From the NCBI GenBank assembly GCA_016840085.1, contig JAEOTA010000049.1, positions 1-51,068 on the forward strand: a stretch of 51,068 bases of DNA, read 5' to 3'. Under the pieces are notes generated by a model. The model was not told where the DNA came from. It worked only from the letters and a program-made list of their open reading frames with translations, and did not search any database. Positions 29,204-39,385 of the stretch are shown in pieces; the stretch's first letter is position 1, and each line of letters begins with the position of its first letter. The stretch is from Promethearchaeota archaeon (GTDB lineage Archaea > Asgardarchaeota > Lokiarchaeia > Sigyniarchaeales > SOKP01). The translations under genes were made by a program, and so were the position numbers.

Positions 29204-32200
29204 TTATTCTTTTTTTTTCTTTTTTCTTGGTGTAACTACAAAATTAGGAACTCTGATAACAATAATTTTTGGTTTTTTAATATCTTCTCTCTCTTCTTCA
29301 TTCAAGACATAACCCTCCTTAAAATCAAAAAAATCAATTAAGAATTTATCAGGATCATAATAATTTACATTATCATAAATAATTAAAAGCCCTACATCCG
29401 CATTTCGAGTAGTACAATATTGAGATATTTGTCCAAGCCATTGATCAATAAATTCTTTCCAGTTTTTATCTTTTTTTTCTCTCATTTTAATCTCAATAGG
29501 GTAGTTCTTTAATAGTAAATCCATTCTATTATCTTGCACTTCTGATTCCTTTGTTATTTTATAGTCGAAGAATCTCCTATAATGTTCATAAAATCTATAT
29601 TGAAAATGTTTTTCGAGTTTAGTAATATCTAATTGATATTCCGCTTTTTTAACCATCCGATATATTGGATATTCCATAAAAGTTTCTATTAATTGTATAG
29701 TTCGAATAATCAATTCTTCAAAATCAAGATCTTTTTTTAATTTAGAAAATAACTCTGTTCCAAAAAAAGACTGTAATTTTTCCCAAATTTTGTCTGCTTT
29801 TTCTTTACTGGATGTTAAGTCTGTTAAAAATAACTCTCTAGAAATTACCAGCTTTATATATAATAAGTAATGAAAGATTCTACGAGACATTTCTTTCCTT
29901 TTAATAAATAATTTTTCCAATAATGGGATCTCATCTCTCATTTTTTTTGTTAATTGGACTTCCCAAAAATCAGATAATTTTTTTATATATTCGCCCAATA
30001 ATGCTTCAATATTCATAATATTTTTCTTATATAACTCTCTATTCCAATCTGTTTTTAAAGTAAGCTTTTGGGAAATTTTATCACTTAATTCTTTCAAATT
30101 AGTTATTCCAGACATCTCTTTCTTCAAATAATTACTTGTGCCTGTTTCTCCAAAAGATAATTCAACTATACTTTTTACTTTAGGATTTCCTTTTTCTTGT
30201 TTTGCGATTTTTGATTTTAATTCAGAAAATATTTCAAATTCAGGTAATAATAAATCCTCGAAAGAAGCAGTTTCTAAATATTTTTCAAAAATTTGATAGA
30301 AATTGATATCTTTAAAATCCTTATCCATTGAAATCCCAACATTCATTGTCATTTTATCTTCAATTTTACGAGCATATCGTTGTTTTATTTCATTTAATGG
30401 GCTATATTTTTCACTACTCTCTATTCTATGTATTCCATCATCATCAGATAGTAATTGATATATCATAATATGAAAGGGTTTTAGAAAATCTTCAATTAAG
30501 TTCTCCGCACCAGGATATTTATTATATTCAAGAAATTTTTTTAATGAATCAAATAATATCTTCCTTTGATTGTAATCTCTTATTTCTACTGATTCATAAT
30601 AAATTTTTTCTAAAATCTCATAATTTATATCCTCAGTCCTCTTAGCTTCCATTACGGCATCCCACATCCTTCTTAAAACATAATCGAATTTATTCTCATA
30701 ATCATCTTGAGGCATATCTTTTACTAATCGCCTATCAACTCCCTCTTCAATGAAGTTTCTTAATTTTTTTAATTCTTTAAATTCTTTAGAGGCAATCCCA
30801 ATTCTAGTGCTGCGAGTATATCGTGTCCAGTAAATCTTTTTTTTATTTTGTAGTTCAGTTAAAATTTCATCAATATAATTTTGAATATTATCAAAAGTAA
30901 GTAAAAAAGGTGTGTAATTTTGGGGAGCAACTGCTGAAAGTATCTTTAAAAAATGATTATTCGAGACTAATTTTAAAAAAACAGCATTTAATAGATATTT
31001 AAAATCAATATCACCAAATTTTGAAAAGATGTTTTCAATAATAACTGAACCTTCTTTCATATTTCTATAAAATTCACTAAATAACCTTTTTTCATCTAAA
31101 ATAATAATACCATTTAGCAAATTTTCCTGAAATATAGAAATGATGTGATCTTCAACTTTATAAGATAAATCTTTGAATTTTTCGTCAATGAATTGTACCA
31201 ATGGAATTTTAGTTCCTTGATATTCTAAAATGAAAGATTTAGAATCATTTTCAAAGATTTTCAATATTTTCCATAAAATTATTGTTAAATTTTTATTTTT
31301 AGCTATATCTATGCAATAATATTTGAATATTTCATTAAAATAATCTCTGCCTATTAAGAAGCCTAAAATTTGAAAGAAATCTTCATTGTAAATATATAAA
31401 TCGTCTTCAATTTCTTTATTTTTTAAATAAAATAATTCTTTTAAAATGGCGATGCACATATCATAATCCATTTTAAGGATTGGGTTTGAATTTATTATCT
31501 CTGCAAACATTATTCGATGATCAGTATGAATTTTTAACAGTTCTATATATTCAGTAATTTTATTTATATTGGTAGAAAAAGAGTTATACAATTTAGTGAA
31601 CGATTTAATAACAAAGAAGTTAAATTCACTTATTAAACTTAAAATATAATTTAAATCCTCTATTGTTATTATATAATTTTGAAAAAAATCAGTTTTAATT
31701 AAATTTTTTGAAAGATTCTCAAGTTTAGAATTATTTTTTTTTATTACATTCCATAATTCTTTATTATTTAAACCATAATGAGTTCTAAATAAAAATTTTA
31801 AAACAACATTATCCATTGATGTTAAATTGGCTACTCTTTGAGTAATTTTATGATAAAATTCCTTATAATCTCTATTATTTATTTCTTTCTCAAGGTTTTC
31901 AAGAAGTAATTGATAATGATTTTCAGTTAGAGAAATATGGTAATTTTTTAAAAAATTTTTCAATTCAAGAATGTATGTATAACCTTTATTTAAGAACTCC
32001 AATCTTATTTCAGAAGAATTTCTAAGTTTGTCAAAAAACATAAATTGCTTATTGAGAGCAATTGTCTGAGACATATTCGATTTATAAATTAATTTATCAA
32101 AATCATTATCTAATTTTTTAGGTAGAGCGTCTAATTCTGATTTAATTTTATTTATAGTCTTTTCTATATTCGATAAAGGTTTATAAATGACATCTAAATT

Positions 32201-32593
32201 GAACTCCTTAAAAAATTTAATATTGAATATGACAGGAAAGAATTTATTTGAGTTATAATAGTAATGTAATAAAATAACAGAAAGAATTATTATAAAAAGA
32301 GATAAAATTAAAAATACCAAAAAGGAGAGATTTAAAGTTTGAATTAAAAGAATTATGCTTAAAACAAAAAAAAGTATTAATTGAGCAAAATTTTGAAGAA
32401 TAAAGATCTTTAGATGGTTTTTTGATTTAAAATTATCTGAGTGTAACCTATTTCTAAAGCTTTCTATATTTCTAATTTCGTTATGAATTTTCTTTATAAA
32501 AGAAACTTCTTGATTTGGGTCAATTTTTTCTAATTGCTTAGTTATAGGATTAATATATATTTTGGTATTTGGATTGAAATCTTCATCATTCAT
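29204..32593 (-). CDS. Large protein with two N-terminal TM helices and a C-terminal PD-(D/E)XK nuclease domain
   Basis: Hydrophobic hairpin at about aa 63-110. The C-terminus reads EKHFQ...KESEVQDNRMDLL...IEIK...GQISQY...GLLIIYD. Confidence 0.7.
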   Translation of the reverse strand: MNDEDFNPNTKIYINPITKQLEKIDPNQEVSFIKKIHNEIRNIESFRNRLHSDNFKSKNHLKIFILQNFAQLILFFVLSIILLIQTLNLSFLVFLILSLFIIILSVILLHYYYNSNKFFPVIFNIKFFKEFNLDVIYKPLSNIEKTINKIKSELDALPKKLDNDFDKLIYKSNMSQTIALNKQFMFFDKLRNSSEIRLEFLNKGYTYILELKNFLKNYHISLTENHYQLLLENLEKEINNRDYKEFYHKITQRVANLTSMDNVVLKFLFRTHYGLNNKELWNVIKKNNSKLENLSKNLIKTDFFQNYIITIEDLNYILSLISEFNFFVIKSFTKLYNSFSTNINKITEYIELLKIHTDHRIMFAEIINSNPILKMDYDMCIAILKELFYLKNKEIEDDLYIYNEDFFQILGFLIGRDYFNEIFKYYCIDIAKNKNLTIILWKILKIFENDSKSFILEYQGTKIPLVQFIDEKFKDLSYKVEDHIISIFQENLLNGIIILDEKRLFSEFYRNMKEGSVIIENIFSKFGDIDFKYLLNAVFLKLVSNNHFLKILSAVAPQNYTPFLLTFDNIQNYIDEILTELQNKKKIYWTRYTRSTRIGIASKEFKELKKLRNFIEEGVDRRLVKDMPQDDYENKFDYVLRRMWDAVMEAKRTEDINYEILEKIYYESVEIRDYNQRKILFDSLKKFLEYNKYPGAENLIEDFLKPFHIMIYQLLSDDDGIHRIESSEKYSPLNEIKQRYARKIEDKMTMNVGISMDKDFKDINFYQIFEKYLETASFEDLLLPEFEIFSELKSKIAKQEKGNPKVKSIVELSFGETGTSNYLKKEMSGITNLKELSDKISQKLTLKTDWNRELYKKNIMNIEALLGEYIKKLSDFWEVQLTKKMRDEIPLLEKLFIKRKEMSRRIFHYLLYIKLVISRELFLTDLTSSKEKADKIWEKLQSFFGTELFSKLKKDLDFEELIIRTIQLIETFMEYPIYRMVKKAEYQLDITKLEKHFQYRFYEHYRRFFDYKITKESEVQDNRMDLLLKNYPIEIKMREKKDKNWKEFIDQWLGQISQYCTTRNADVGLLIIYDNVNYYDPDKFLIDFFDFKEGYVLNEEEREDIKKPKIIVIRVPNFVVTPRKKKKKE

Positions 32594-32920
32594 AAAATCT
32601 ACCTGTTATGATATTTTTTTTTTAAAAAAAGGATTAATTTTGTCTTATTTATATAAAAGTGTATTGAGTATAATAAAAAAAAGACTCTCGAAAATTATTA
32701 AGGAATTAATGTTTATTTTTGCTTTGTAACCCATTTATATTCTTTTCTATCGCTGGTCTCCTGCCGTGTGCCCTCCTCATTACTTGGGAACAAGGGATAG
32801 GAGAAGCTAGCCCAAGGGATACAAATGGAAAGGATATTTTTAGGGTAGGGGCGATAAGACACCTAGTATTGCTGCACTTATAGGAAAAATGATTGTAATT
32901 TTAATGTTGCATCCAAATTT

Positions 32921-34021
32921 TTAAATATTCTTTCTTTTACGGAGAAAATTTACGATCTTTTTCTCATATTGATTTATTCTCTCAAAAATAGTTTTTAGAA
33001 AATATTCTTTACCATATTTCATAATAAAATTAATGAAAAAGCTTATATTTTTTTCTTCAGCTTTTAATAACTCTATCCAAGCATTCATTTTATATCGGCT
33101 TAAATGAGCAAATATGAACGAGAGTAAATAAATTACGAATAAAGTTGATGGAAATATTATGCTTGGTTCCTCATAACCAAATTGATCCCTGAATTTCTCC
33201 CTAATTTCATTTGGAATTGATATAAAATCACTATGCCTTCTACCTATTGATTTTTTTGCGAGAAAAAAATTTTTAAGTAAATCTTCTAAGGAAACTTTTT
33301 CTTGATTTTTACAATAATCTAAAAGTGGCATATAGAAAGTTAAAAGGAATCTTGAACATAATCCATGTTTTTTTAAAAAAATTCTCTTCTTTAATAAAGA
33401 ATTAACAATATTTTCATTTTCTACTAGATCTATTTGGTCAAATTCTCCTGAACCTATACCATGATTTCGTAAAATTTTTCTCTTACGACCCTTTAAGACC
33501 TTTTCCCAACTATTCTTATTCGTAAAATTAAAATGTAAATTAAAAAAGAATGCCGCTAAATGCTCAATACCATAGAATAATAATACTGGTTTGTTAATGT
33601 CAATAATTTCATCAACTTTTTCTAAAAAACTAAATCCTGATTTTCCTTGATTAGCTATTATTCTACTTATTTGACTAAAATTATCATCTTTAGAATACTT
33701 AAGCATATCCATTTCAAAATTTTGATCTTCTCTTTTGAATACCTTAACATCTTCATAGAATTGCTCATAAATATTTTTTGATACTGGATAATAATGTTGC
33801 TTTGAATTTGTTTGAGTTATTGATAAATTATTCAAATATCTTTTTATTGTCGCAGGAAAAAAGTATATTTTGTATTTTTCTATTTCAATATTTTTTTCCT
33901 CTAATTCTATTATTTTCCATTCACTACTATCTATTCGATCATCCAAATCACTAATCTGGGATTCTAAATCATCCAATTCCCCTTCTATGTCCTCAATTTT
34001 ATCCTCTAGTTCATTCTTCAA
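32921..34021 (-). CDS. YaaC-like protein with an N-terminal acidic coiled coil
   Basis: KPVLLFYG...HGI...YLLSFIFAHLSRY...W pattern typical of the YaaC family. Confidence 0.65.
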   Translation of the reverse strand: MKNELEDKIEDIEGELDDLESQISDLDDRIDSSEWKIIELEEKNIEIEKYKIYFFPATIKRYLNNLSITQTNSKQHYYPVSKNIYEQFYEDVKVFKREDQNFEMDMLKYSKDDNFSQISRIIANQGKSGFSFLEKVDEIIDINKPVLLFYGIEHLAAFFFNLHFNFTNKNSWEKVLKGRKRKILRNHGIGSGEFDQIDLVENENIVNSLLKKRIFLKKHGLCSRFLLTFYMPLLDYCKNQEKVSLEDLLKNFFLAKKSIGRRHSDFISIPNEIREKFRDQFGYEEPSIIFPSTLFVIYLLSFIFAHLSRYKMNAWIELLKAEEKNISFFINFIMKYGKEYFLKTIFERINQYEKKIVNFLRKRKNI

Positions 34022-34115
34022 CTTTTAATCACTTTATTTGAAACAGATTTATATGCACATTATTATGCTATTTATCTATGGGTTATTTTCTTCGATTAAT
34101 TTCTAAATAATTTTT

Positions 34116-34220
34116 ATCTTATCCTATAATAAACACAACAGAAATATATCTTTTTCCTCATTCTCTCCTATTATTAGTTTCACTCACCCAATGATGTCTC
34201 TTCTAATTAATTCGGGAAAG
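34116..34220. repeat. Degenerate intergenic repeat, copy A
   Basis: TCTTATCCTATAATAAACACAACAGAAATATATCTTTTTCCTCATT...TAATTAATTCGGGAAA matches 39162-39257. Confidence 0.6.
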
Positions 34221-34326
34221 AATTTTATAAAGTATTATTTTTCAATAATATTTGCTATACTCAGACTATTTTTTTACCTCTCTAATAATTAATTTTTTAT
34301 TGACAATTAACATATTTTTATACATT

Positions 34327-35058
34327 ATGAAGTACTGTTTTGTCGCCATGTTAGATATCTTAGGTTTTAAAAGCTTATTAGAACAAAGAGGTATTGAATC
34401 AATTCACCAGTTAATGAGAGATCTATTTACATCAGCAAGAGCAGGTACAAGGAGAGATTACAGAATTACAATCGATGGAGTAACAAGTAGCCATCCTGCA
34501 GTAAGACTCAATTATTTCATTTTTAGCGATACGATACTAGTCTGGAAAGATTATGAAGATGCTACTAATGAAAATCAAGAAATTATTGGCAGATGTGAGC
34601 TATTCAGAGAACTTAATCATGGGATTTCAATGCTCTTAGAGACTGCCTTATTAAGAAAGATACCCCTTCGTGGAGGTATTGCATTTGGTGCTACAATCAT
34701 CAATATTGACCCTAATGAACAAAACAATGAAATAATAGGGCAACCTATTGTTGATTCATATTTAGTAGGAGAAGCACAAAATTGGGTAGGTATTGCTTTT
34801 CATTCCTCCTGTTTACCTTTTATTGAACAAAAATGTGATCCTATGGTTATTGAGTATCCTATACCATATAACAGAGAAAAATTAAAGAAACTTTATAATG
34901 GGAGAGAAACTAATTATTCTCTTGAATGGGGTGGAAATATAAAAGAAATCCTAAAAGAAATTTTAGAAGAGTTAAAAGTTAAAGAGGTCTCAAATAGCAT
35001 TTTAAAGAAATATACCAATTCTATTGAATTTTGTAAAGACCATGAAGTCTATCTATAA
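34327..35058 (+). CDS. Stand-alone class III nucleotidyl-cyclase-like protein
   Basis: MLDILGFK, FSDTI, LRGGIAFG, GQPIVDSY motifs. ATG 34327 is preferred over TTG 34252. Confidence 0.65.
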   Translation: MKYCFVAMLDILGFKSLLEQRGIESIHQLMRDLFTSARAGTRRDYRITIDGVTSSHPAVRLNYFIFSDTILVWKDYEDATNENQEIIGRCELFRELNHGISMLLETALLRKIPLRGGIAFGATIINIDPNEQNNEIIGQPIVDSYLVGEAQNWVGIAFHSSCLPFIEQKCDPMVIEYPIPYNREKLKKLYNGRETNYSLEWGGNIKEILKEILEELKVKEVSNSILKKYTNSIEFCKDHEVYL

Positions 35059-35110
35059 ATAGTGTTATAAATAATTTAATTTGTATTGAAAACTTCTAAA
35101 ATGATGAAAG

Positions 35111-36010
35111 CTAAAATATAATCAATGAATTCTCTCTATTTTTACAGAGTAGTAATAAAAGAAAATGGTTTTTGTTTCTAGTTAAAATGTTACGACTATT
35201 ATTAATAATCGAAGAAATAAAGAGATCGCCCATTCGTTTACAATCCTTGACTCCAATTTTTTTAGTTTTATTATTTTTAATGTTCTGAAGAACTGAAATT
35301 AAATCTTTATCATAATCAGTTATCTTTTTTTCAATACTCAATTTAATATAGTTTTCTAAAATTTGATTAATATATTCTTGATTTTCATCTAAAAAATTCA
35401 AGATTTTCTTTTTTATATCAAAACAAATTTTAGAACATGTTCTTTTCTCCTTTAGAACAAATTCATCCTTATCTGCATTATAATTATATTCCCATTTATA
35501 TAAAGAACAATTAAAATCACTTATTACTTCATAATTTGTTATTTCATCATATACATTTTTCAATCGTAAATTGAACTCCCATATTATCGTTTCGAGCCTA
35601 TTTAATAGAAATAATTTTAGATTCTTATTCTTATCAAGACCTTTAATCATAGTGTTAAAAATCTCTTGATGAAAATTTTCCAATATCTTTTGGTAGATCA
35701 TTCTCAACCTTCCAAGTTGCTGTGTCTTTTTAAAATACTTTCGAGATATCTCTTCTAATAATCTCGAAAATGATACTTTTATGTCTATTTCATTATTTTC
35801 AATCTTTTTTATTATAGATTTATAGATCTCTATAAAAATGAAGAAATCTAAATATATATTCCTGAATTCATATCGTATTATTTTCGTAAGACATTTTTTT
35901 TCATAAGGAGAGATTATTGCTTTAATCTTTTCTGATGTTTTATAATCCCCAAAAAAGAAATGGATTAATGTAGAGGTATCTAAAACTAAATCCAATTTAT
36001 TTCTCTCCAT
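35111..36010 (-). CDS. PIN-domain ribonuclease-like protein
   Basis: VLDTSTLI, YEF, GDLFI, ILTRNKNHF acidic/PIN motifs with a helical insertion. Confidence 0.7.
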   Translation of the reverse strand: MERNKLDLVLDTSTLIHFFFGDYKTSEKIKAIISPYEKKCLTKIIRYEFRNIYLDFFIFIEIYKSIIKKIENNEIDIKVSFSRLLEEISRKYFKKTQQLGRLRMIYQKILENFHQEIFNTMIKGLDKNKNLKLFLLNRLETIIWEFNLRLKNVYDEITNYEVISDFNCSLYKWEYNYNADKDEFVLKEKRTCSKICFDIKKKILNFLDENQEYINQILENYIKLSIEKKITDYDKDLISVLQNIKNNKTKKIGVKDCKRMGDLFISSIINNSRNILTRNKNHFLLLLLCKNRENSLIIF

Positions 36011-36057
36011 TTAATTCATAGTAAATTACATATTTAATAAATTTATTAATGTTAAAA

Positions 36058-37164
36058 TTAGATTTCTTCTATTAAATCAAATAGGTCTTCAATATTTTCT
36101 TCATTTTCCTCTGATGGGAGTATTAAATCTTTTTCTAGATCTAAACCCAATCTCTGAATATCTTCTTCCATTGCACTTTTTTTTTCTAAAACTGAAAATT
36201 TGTCTTCAGGTGAATAAAAATATTTATAGTTTTGATATAACTTTGAAGTTATCGAAATAAATTCACTACGATCGTCAGGGGAATCTAATGACCAATCAAA
36301 ACAGAGAGCTTTTAAAATATAAATAAAAACCGAAATTATAATTTCATTATCCCAATCATCATCGCGATTTTTTAAAAACAAATCTAATAATGCTATTTTC
36401 AATTTATGATATTTTTTATCCTCCAAAGACATATTATCTAACATTTGGATGATGTCTTTTGAAATTGTTAAACAATTATTTCTTAGACTCTCTTGAAAAA
36501 CTTCAATTAAATAAAAGAATACGGAAAAATCAGATTCATTACTAGTGATATTGATAATATTCAATATTTCATTTTTATAATTAAGAAAAATAATTATATA
36601 ACGAACTCGAAGTTCTTTTAAAATCTCTATAACCTTATTCTGTAATGCTTTTTTAGGACGATTGAAAACATCTTCTTTAATTATACTCTGTATTGTAAAA
36701 TCTTGTTTTATATAATAGACAAATTGCATTAAAACAGAATTTTCATAATTTGGGAAGAGATTACAAATGTTTTCTATTAATTCTATTTTATATTCTGGTT
36801 TTTCTGGTATAAGTTTATTTTTAATCATTTCAATTATTTCATTTCTATTTTTTTCTCTAATTTTAATCCTTTCCATTGTGTAGTTTTTTACTTCTTTTTT
36901 TTCTACTTCAATGGTATTATAATTTTTCAAAGTAGCGATCATTAATTCGTAGTCTTCATACTTAATTGAAGGACCATAATTATAAGGGAAGAAATCTAAA
37001 TCTAAATCAAATTCATCATTTATTGGAAAAATTTTATGAAAAACAAATAATAATTTTATTAAACGGGTTTTTAAGGTGTTATAATTTTCCGAATAATATA
37101 GTATTAAAAGAATTAATTCTTCATTTTCAATTATTTCTTCATTATTAAATTGTTTAACTTCCAT
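36058..37164 (-). CDS. SocA/Panacea (DUF4065)-like antitoxin domain plus a C-terminal helical extension
   Basis: KTRLIKLLF...FFPYNYGPS N-terminal pattern. Confidence 0.6.
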   Translation of the reverse strand: MEVKQFNNEEIIENEELILLILYYSENYNTLKTRLIKLLFVFHKIFPINDEFDLDLDFFPYNYGPSIKYEDYELMIATLKNYNTIEVEKKEVKNYTMERIKIREKNRNEIIEMIKNKLIPEKPEYKIELIENICNLFPNYENSVLMQFVYYIKQDFTIQSIIKEDVFNRPKKALQNKVIEILKELRVRYIIIFLNYKNEILNIINITSNESDFSVFFYLIEVFQESLRNNCLTISKDIIQMLDNMSLEDKKYHKLKIALLDLFLKNRDDDWDNEIIISVFIYILKALCFDWSLDSPDDRSEFISITSKLYQNYKYFYSPEDKFSVLEKKSAMEEDIQRLGLDLEKDLILPSEENEENIEDLFDLIEEI

Positions 37165-37168
37165 ATTC

Positions 37169-38512
37169 TCACCTTAGATCTATTTTTTTGGCAATATCAG
37201 GATATTTTCTAATAAAAGCATCTAATTTTAAAAAAATAAGACTATCTGCAGTCTCAAAATTATGAATTTTTCTAAACATTGCTTGATACCTTCTTAATTT
37301 TCTAAATTTATATTCCTCTTCATCTTTTACATTTCTCTTAGGGGATAATTTTTCAGATAAATCGGGTTGATTTATAAGCTCATCAGAATAAAACCAATTA
37401 ATTACGTCTTTATAAGTTTTAATCCCTTTCTCACTACAGAAACTGCAACTACAATGAAAATCTGAATCTTCATCCATCTTTAAAAGATCTTTATCATTTT
37501 TATGCTTAATATCATTAGGGTCTAATAGATTTCTTGTTTTTTTATGTTTTGCGGATCTCCGAATATTAATATTATAACCAGAATAAGCATCTTCACGAAA
37601 AATAATCGAGACATTTTTCATTGATTTCTTATATTTTTGTAATTGTTTAATTCCAATATATTTAACATATATTTGATATTTTTTTCTTAGAACATCGATA
37701 AAATTAAAATATAACTGCATTTTTTCTCTACTACTATAGAGTTCATTTGAATCAATTATCCAGATAATAATCGTTTTAAATTCTTTTAAATATTCAAATT
37801 GAGTGTTAAAAAATACATTTTTATCTTCAAGATCTTTAGTCATTAATGTTAAGGGGTATATGAAATCTTTGGATTTTTTTTTACATAAAATAACTAATTT
37901 ACTATTGATTTTATTTATAGACTCTTGAATTGATTTAAGATAAGGATCAGTTGATTCTTCTATTGGAAAATTAGCAATTATTGGAACTTCAAATCCGATT
38001 ATTTTTGTTCTCTTACGATTGGAACTTTTCATAAATCGATCTAAGCCTTCGTATTCTAAATATTTTTTAATAGCAAGATAAGCATTATGAATTTCATCAA
38101 ATGCAGAGATACAATTTGCTTCTTTTTCTAAATTTTTTAATTCTTTTATTTTATCTTTGTTTCTTTTTAATATTAATTCAAATGACTCTATATCGTCATT
38201 ATATTCCTGTTTAGAAATGTCTCCATTATACAATTTTTGTTTGAGTTGCTTTTTATTAGATTCTTGTATATTTGGAGAGTAATAAAAAGGTCTATTTAAT
38301 TTTGTATTGAAATCAAAACTTAAAATTATATTTTTTTTAAGAGATTTAATTGTTTTAAGGTAGTTTTTACTTTTTTTATCTAAAGTTAATTTTTTACCAT
38401 GTATTTTAATATTATCTATAAATAAGTAGAATCCACTAAATGAACTTCGAGAAAAGCTATCATTTAAGTCTGCTAAATCTGTTGGGGATTTAAGTCTATA
38501 AAAACTATTCAT
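37169..38512 (-). CDS. Uncharacterised protein with a TGT/DpdA-like Zn-binding motif
   Basis: C-terminal CSCSFC...HN resembles the CxCxxC...H site of tRNA-guanine transglycosylase-fold proteins. Confidence 0.45.
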   Translation of the reverse strand: MNSFYRLKSPTDLADLNDSFSRSSFSGFYLFIDNIKIHGKKLTLDKKSKNYLKTIKSLKKNIILSFDFNTKLNRPFYYSPNIQESNKKQLKQKLYNGDISKQEYNDDIESFELILKRNKDKIKELKNLEKEANCISAFDEIHNAYLAIKKYLEYEGLDRFMKSSNRKRTKIIGFEVPIIANFPIEESTDPYLKSIQESINKINSKLVILCKKKSKDFIYPLTLMTKDLEDKNVFFNTQFEYLKEFKTIIIWIIDSNELYSSREKMQLYFNFIDVLRKKYQIYVKYIGIKQLQKYKKSMKNVSIIFREDAYSGYNINIRRSAKHKKTRNLLDPNDIKHKNDKDLLKMDEDSDFHCSCSFCSEKGIKTYKDVINWFYSDELINQPDLSEKLSPKRNVKDEEEYKFRKLRRYQAMFRKIHNFETADSLIFLKLDAFIRKYPDIAKKIDLR

Positions 38513-38585
38513 TATATTATTTTTATAAGTACTTGATATAAATGTATTTTAATTCTCTATAAAAGAATTAGGGTTCGATTAAAAA

Positions 38586-39008
38586 CTAATTTACGAATGT
38601 TTGTGGATATAGATTCTTAATATTTTCAAGAATATATTGATATTTCCTTTGATTGAGTAATTTATTTCTTTTTGGAACAATTTTTTGTTCATAATCATTA
38701 TCGTACATGATTATTAAACCAATTCCATACTTGGAAAGCTTGCTAATGTTGACATTTTTCTCATATTTATAATATAGTGCTAAAGAATTATAGGGAACTA
38801 ATATTCTATTGCCTAAACACTGTTTTAAACCAAGTTTCCAATTATAAATCTTGAATTCTATACCGTGAAAATATAATTTTGATTTAATATTCACCTCAAT
38901 AATATCGATTTTTTTTTGTCGGTAACCTCTCTCTTTTATGATAATAACATTTGATTCTGGCTTTTTTCTAATTGAGATATATTTATCAATTAATTCTGTT
39001 TCTTTCAT
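38586..39008 (-). CDS. Small PD-(D/E)XK nuclease-fold protein
   Basis: E...IDII...IEFKIYNWKLGLKQC...GIGLI. Confidence 0.65.
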   Translation of the reverse strand: MKETELIDKYISIRKKPESNVIIIKERGYRQKKIDIIEVNIKSKLYFHGIEFKIYNWKLGLKQCLGNRILVPYNSLALYYKYEKNVNISKLSKYGIGLIIMYDNDYEQKIVPKRNKLLNQRKYQYILENIKNLYPQTFVN

Positions 39009-39161
39009 TAATTAAAAATATATCTTCATTTTATTTAATTATACGGTGCTATAACTTATTATGAATTATTAAAATAGAATTAAAAATAACTTGATAATAA
39101 ATAGTTTATGTGAGCAAAGGTTTAGCAGATGATGATAATACTGATGAAAAATTAATTCTTG

Positions 39162-39257
39162 TCTTACCTATAATACATACAACAGAAATATAATCTTTTT
39201 CCCCATTTTCCTCGATATTCGATATCCCGCTGTGTGCTTTTAATTGCTCGGGAAAAA
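39162..39257. repeat. Degenerate intergenic repeat, copy B
   Basis: TCTTACCTATAATACATACAACAGAAATATAATCTTTTTCCCCATT...TAATTGCTCGGGAAA. Confidence 0.6.
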
Positions 39258-39385
39258 TAGAATATATACAATATGGGAATGGTAAATTGAACTATTAAAG
39301 ATCAATAATACTTATTTAATAGTTATTCCACTATATGTTTGAAGAAAATAATCTAGGAAATTATTATAAAAGAGTGAAGTAATAA

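Noticed and set aside
32745-32880. HDV-like ribozyme (CCTCCTC and GGCGAT motifs)
   Set aside because: I could not build the P1/P3 pairings needed for the nested double pseudoknot.
34116-39257. Canonical integron attC sites
   Set aside because: No clear RYYYAAC...GTTRRRY palindromic boxes and no IntI gene. Kept only as an unexplained repeat.
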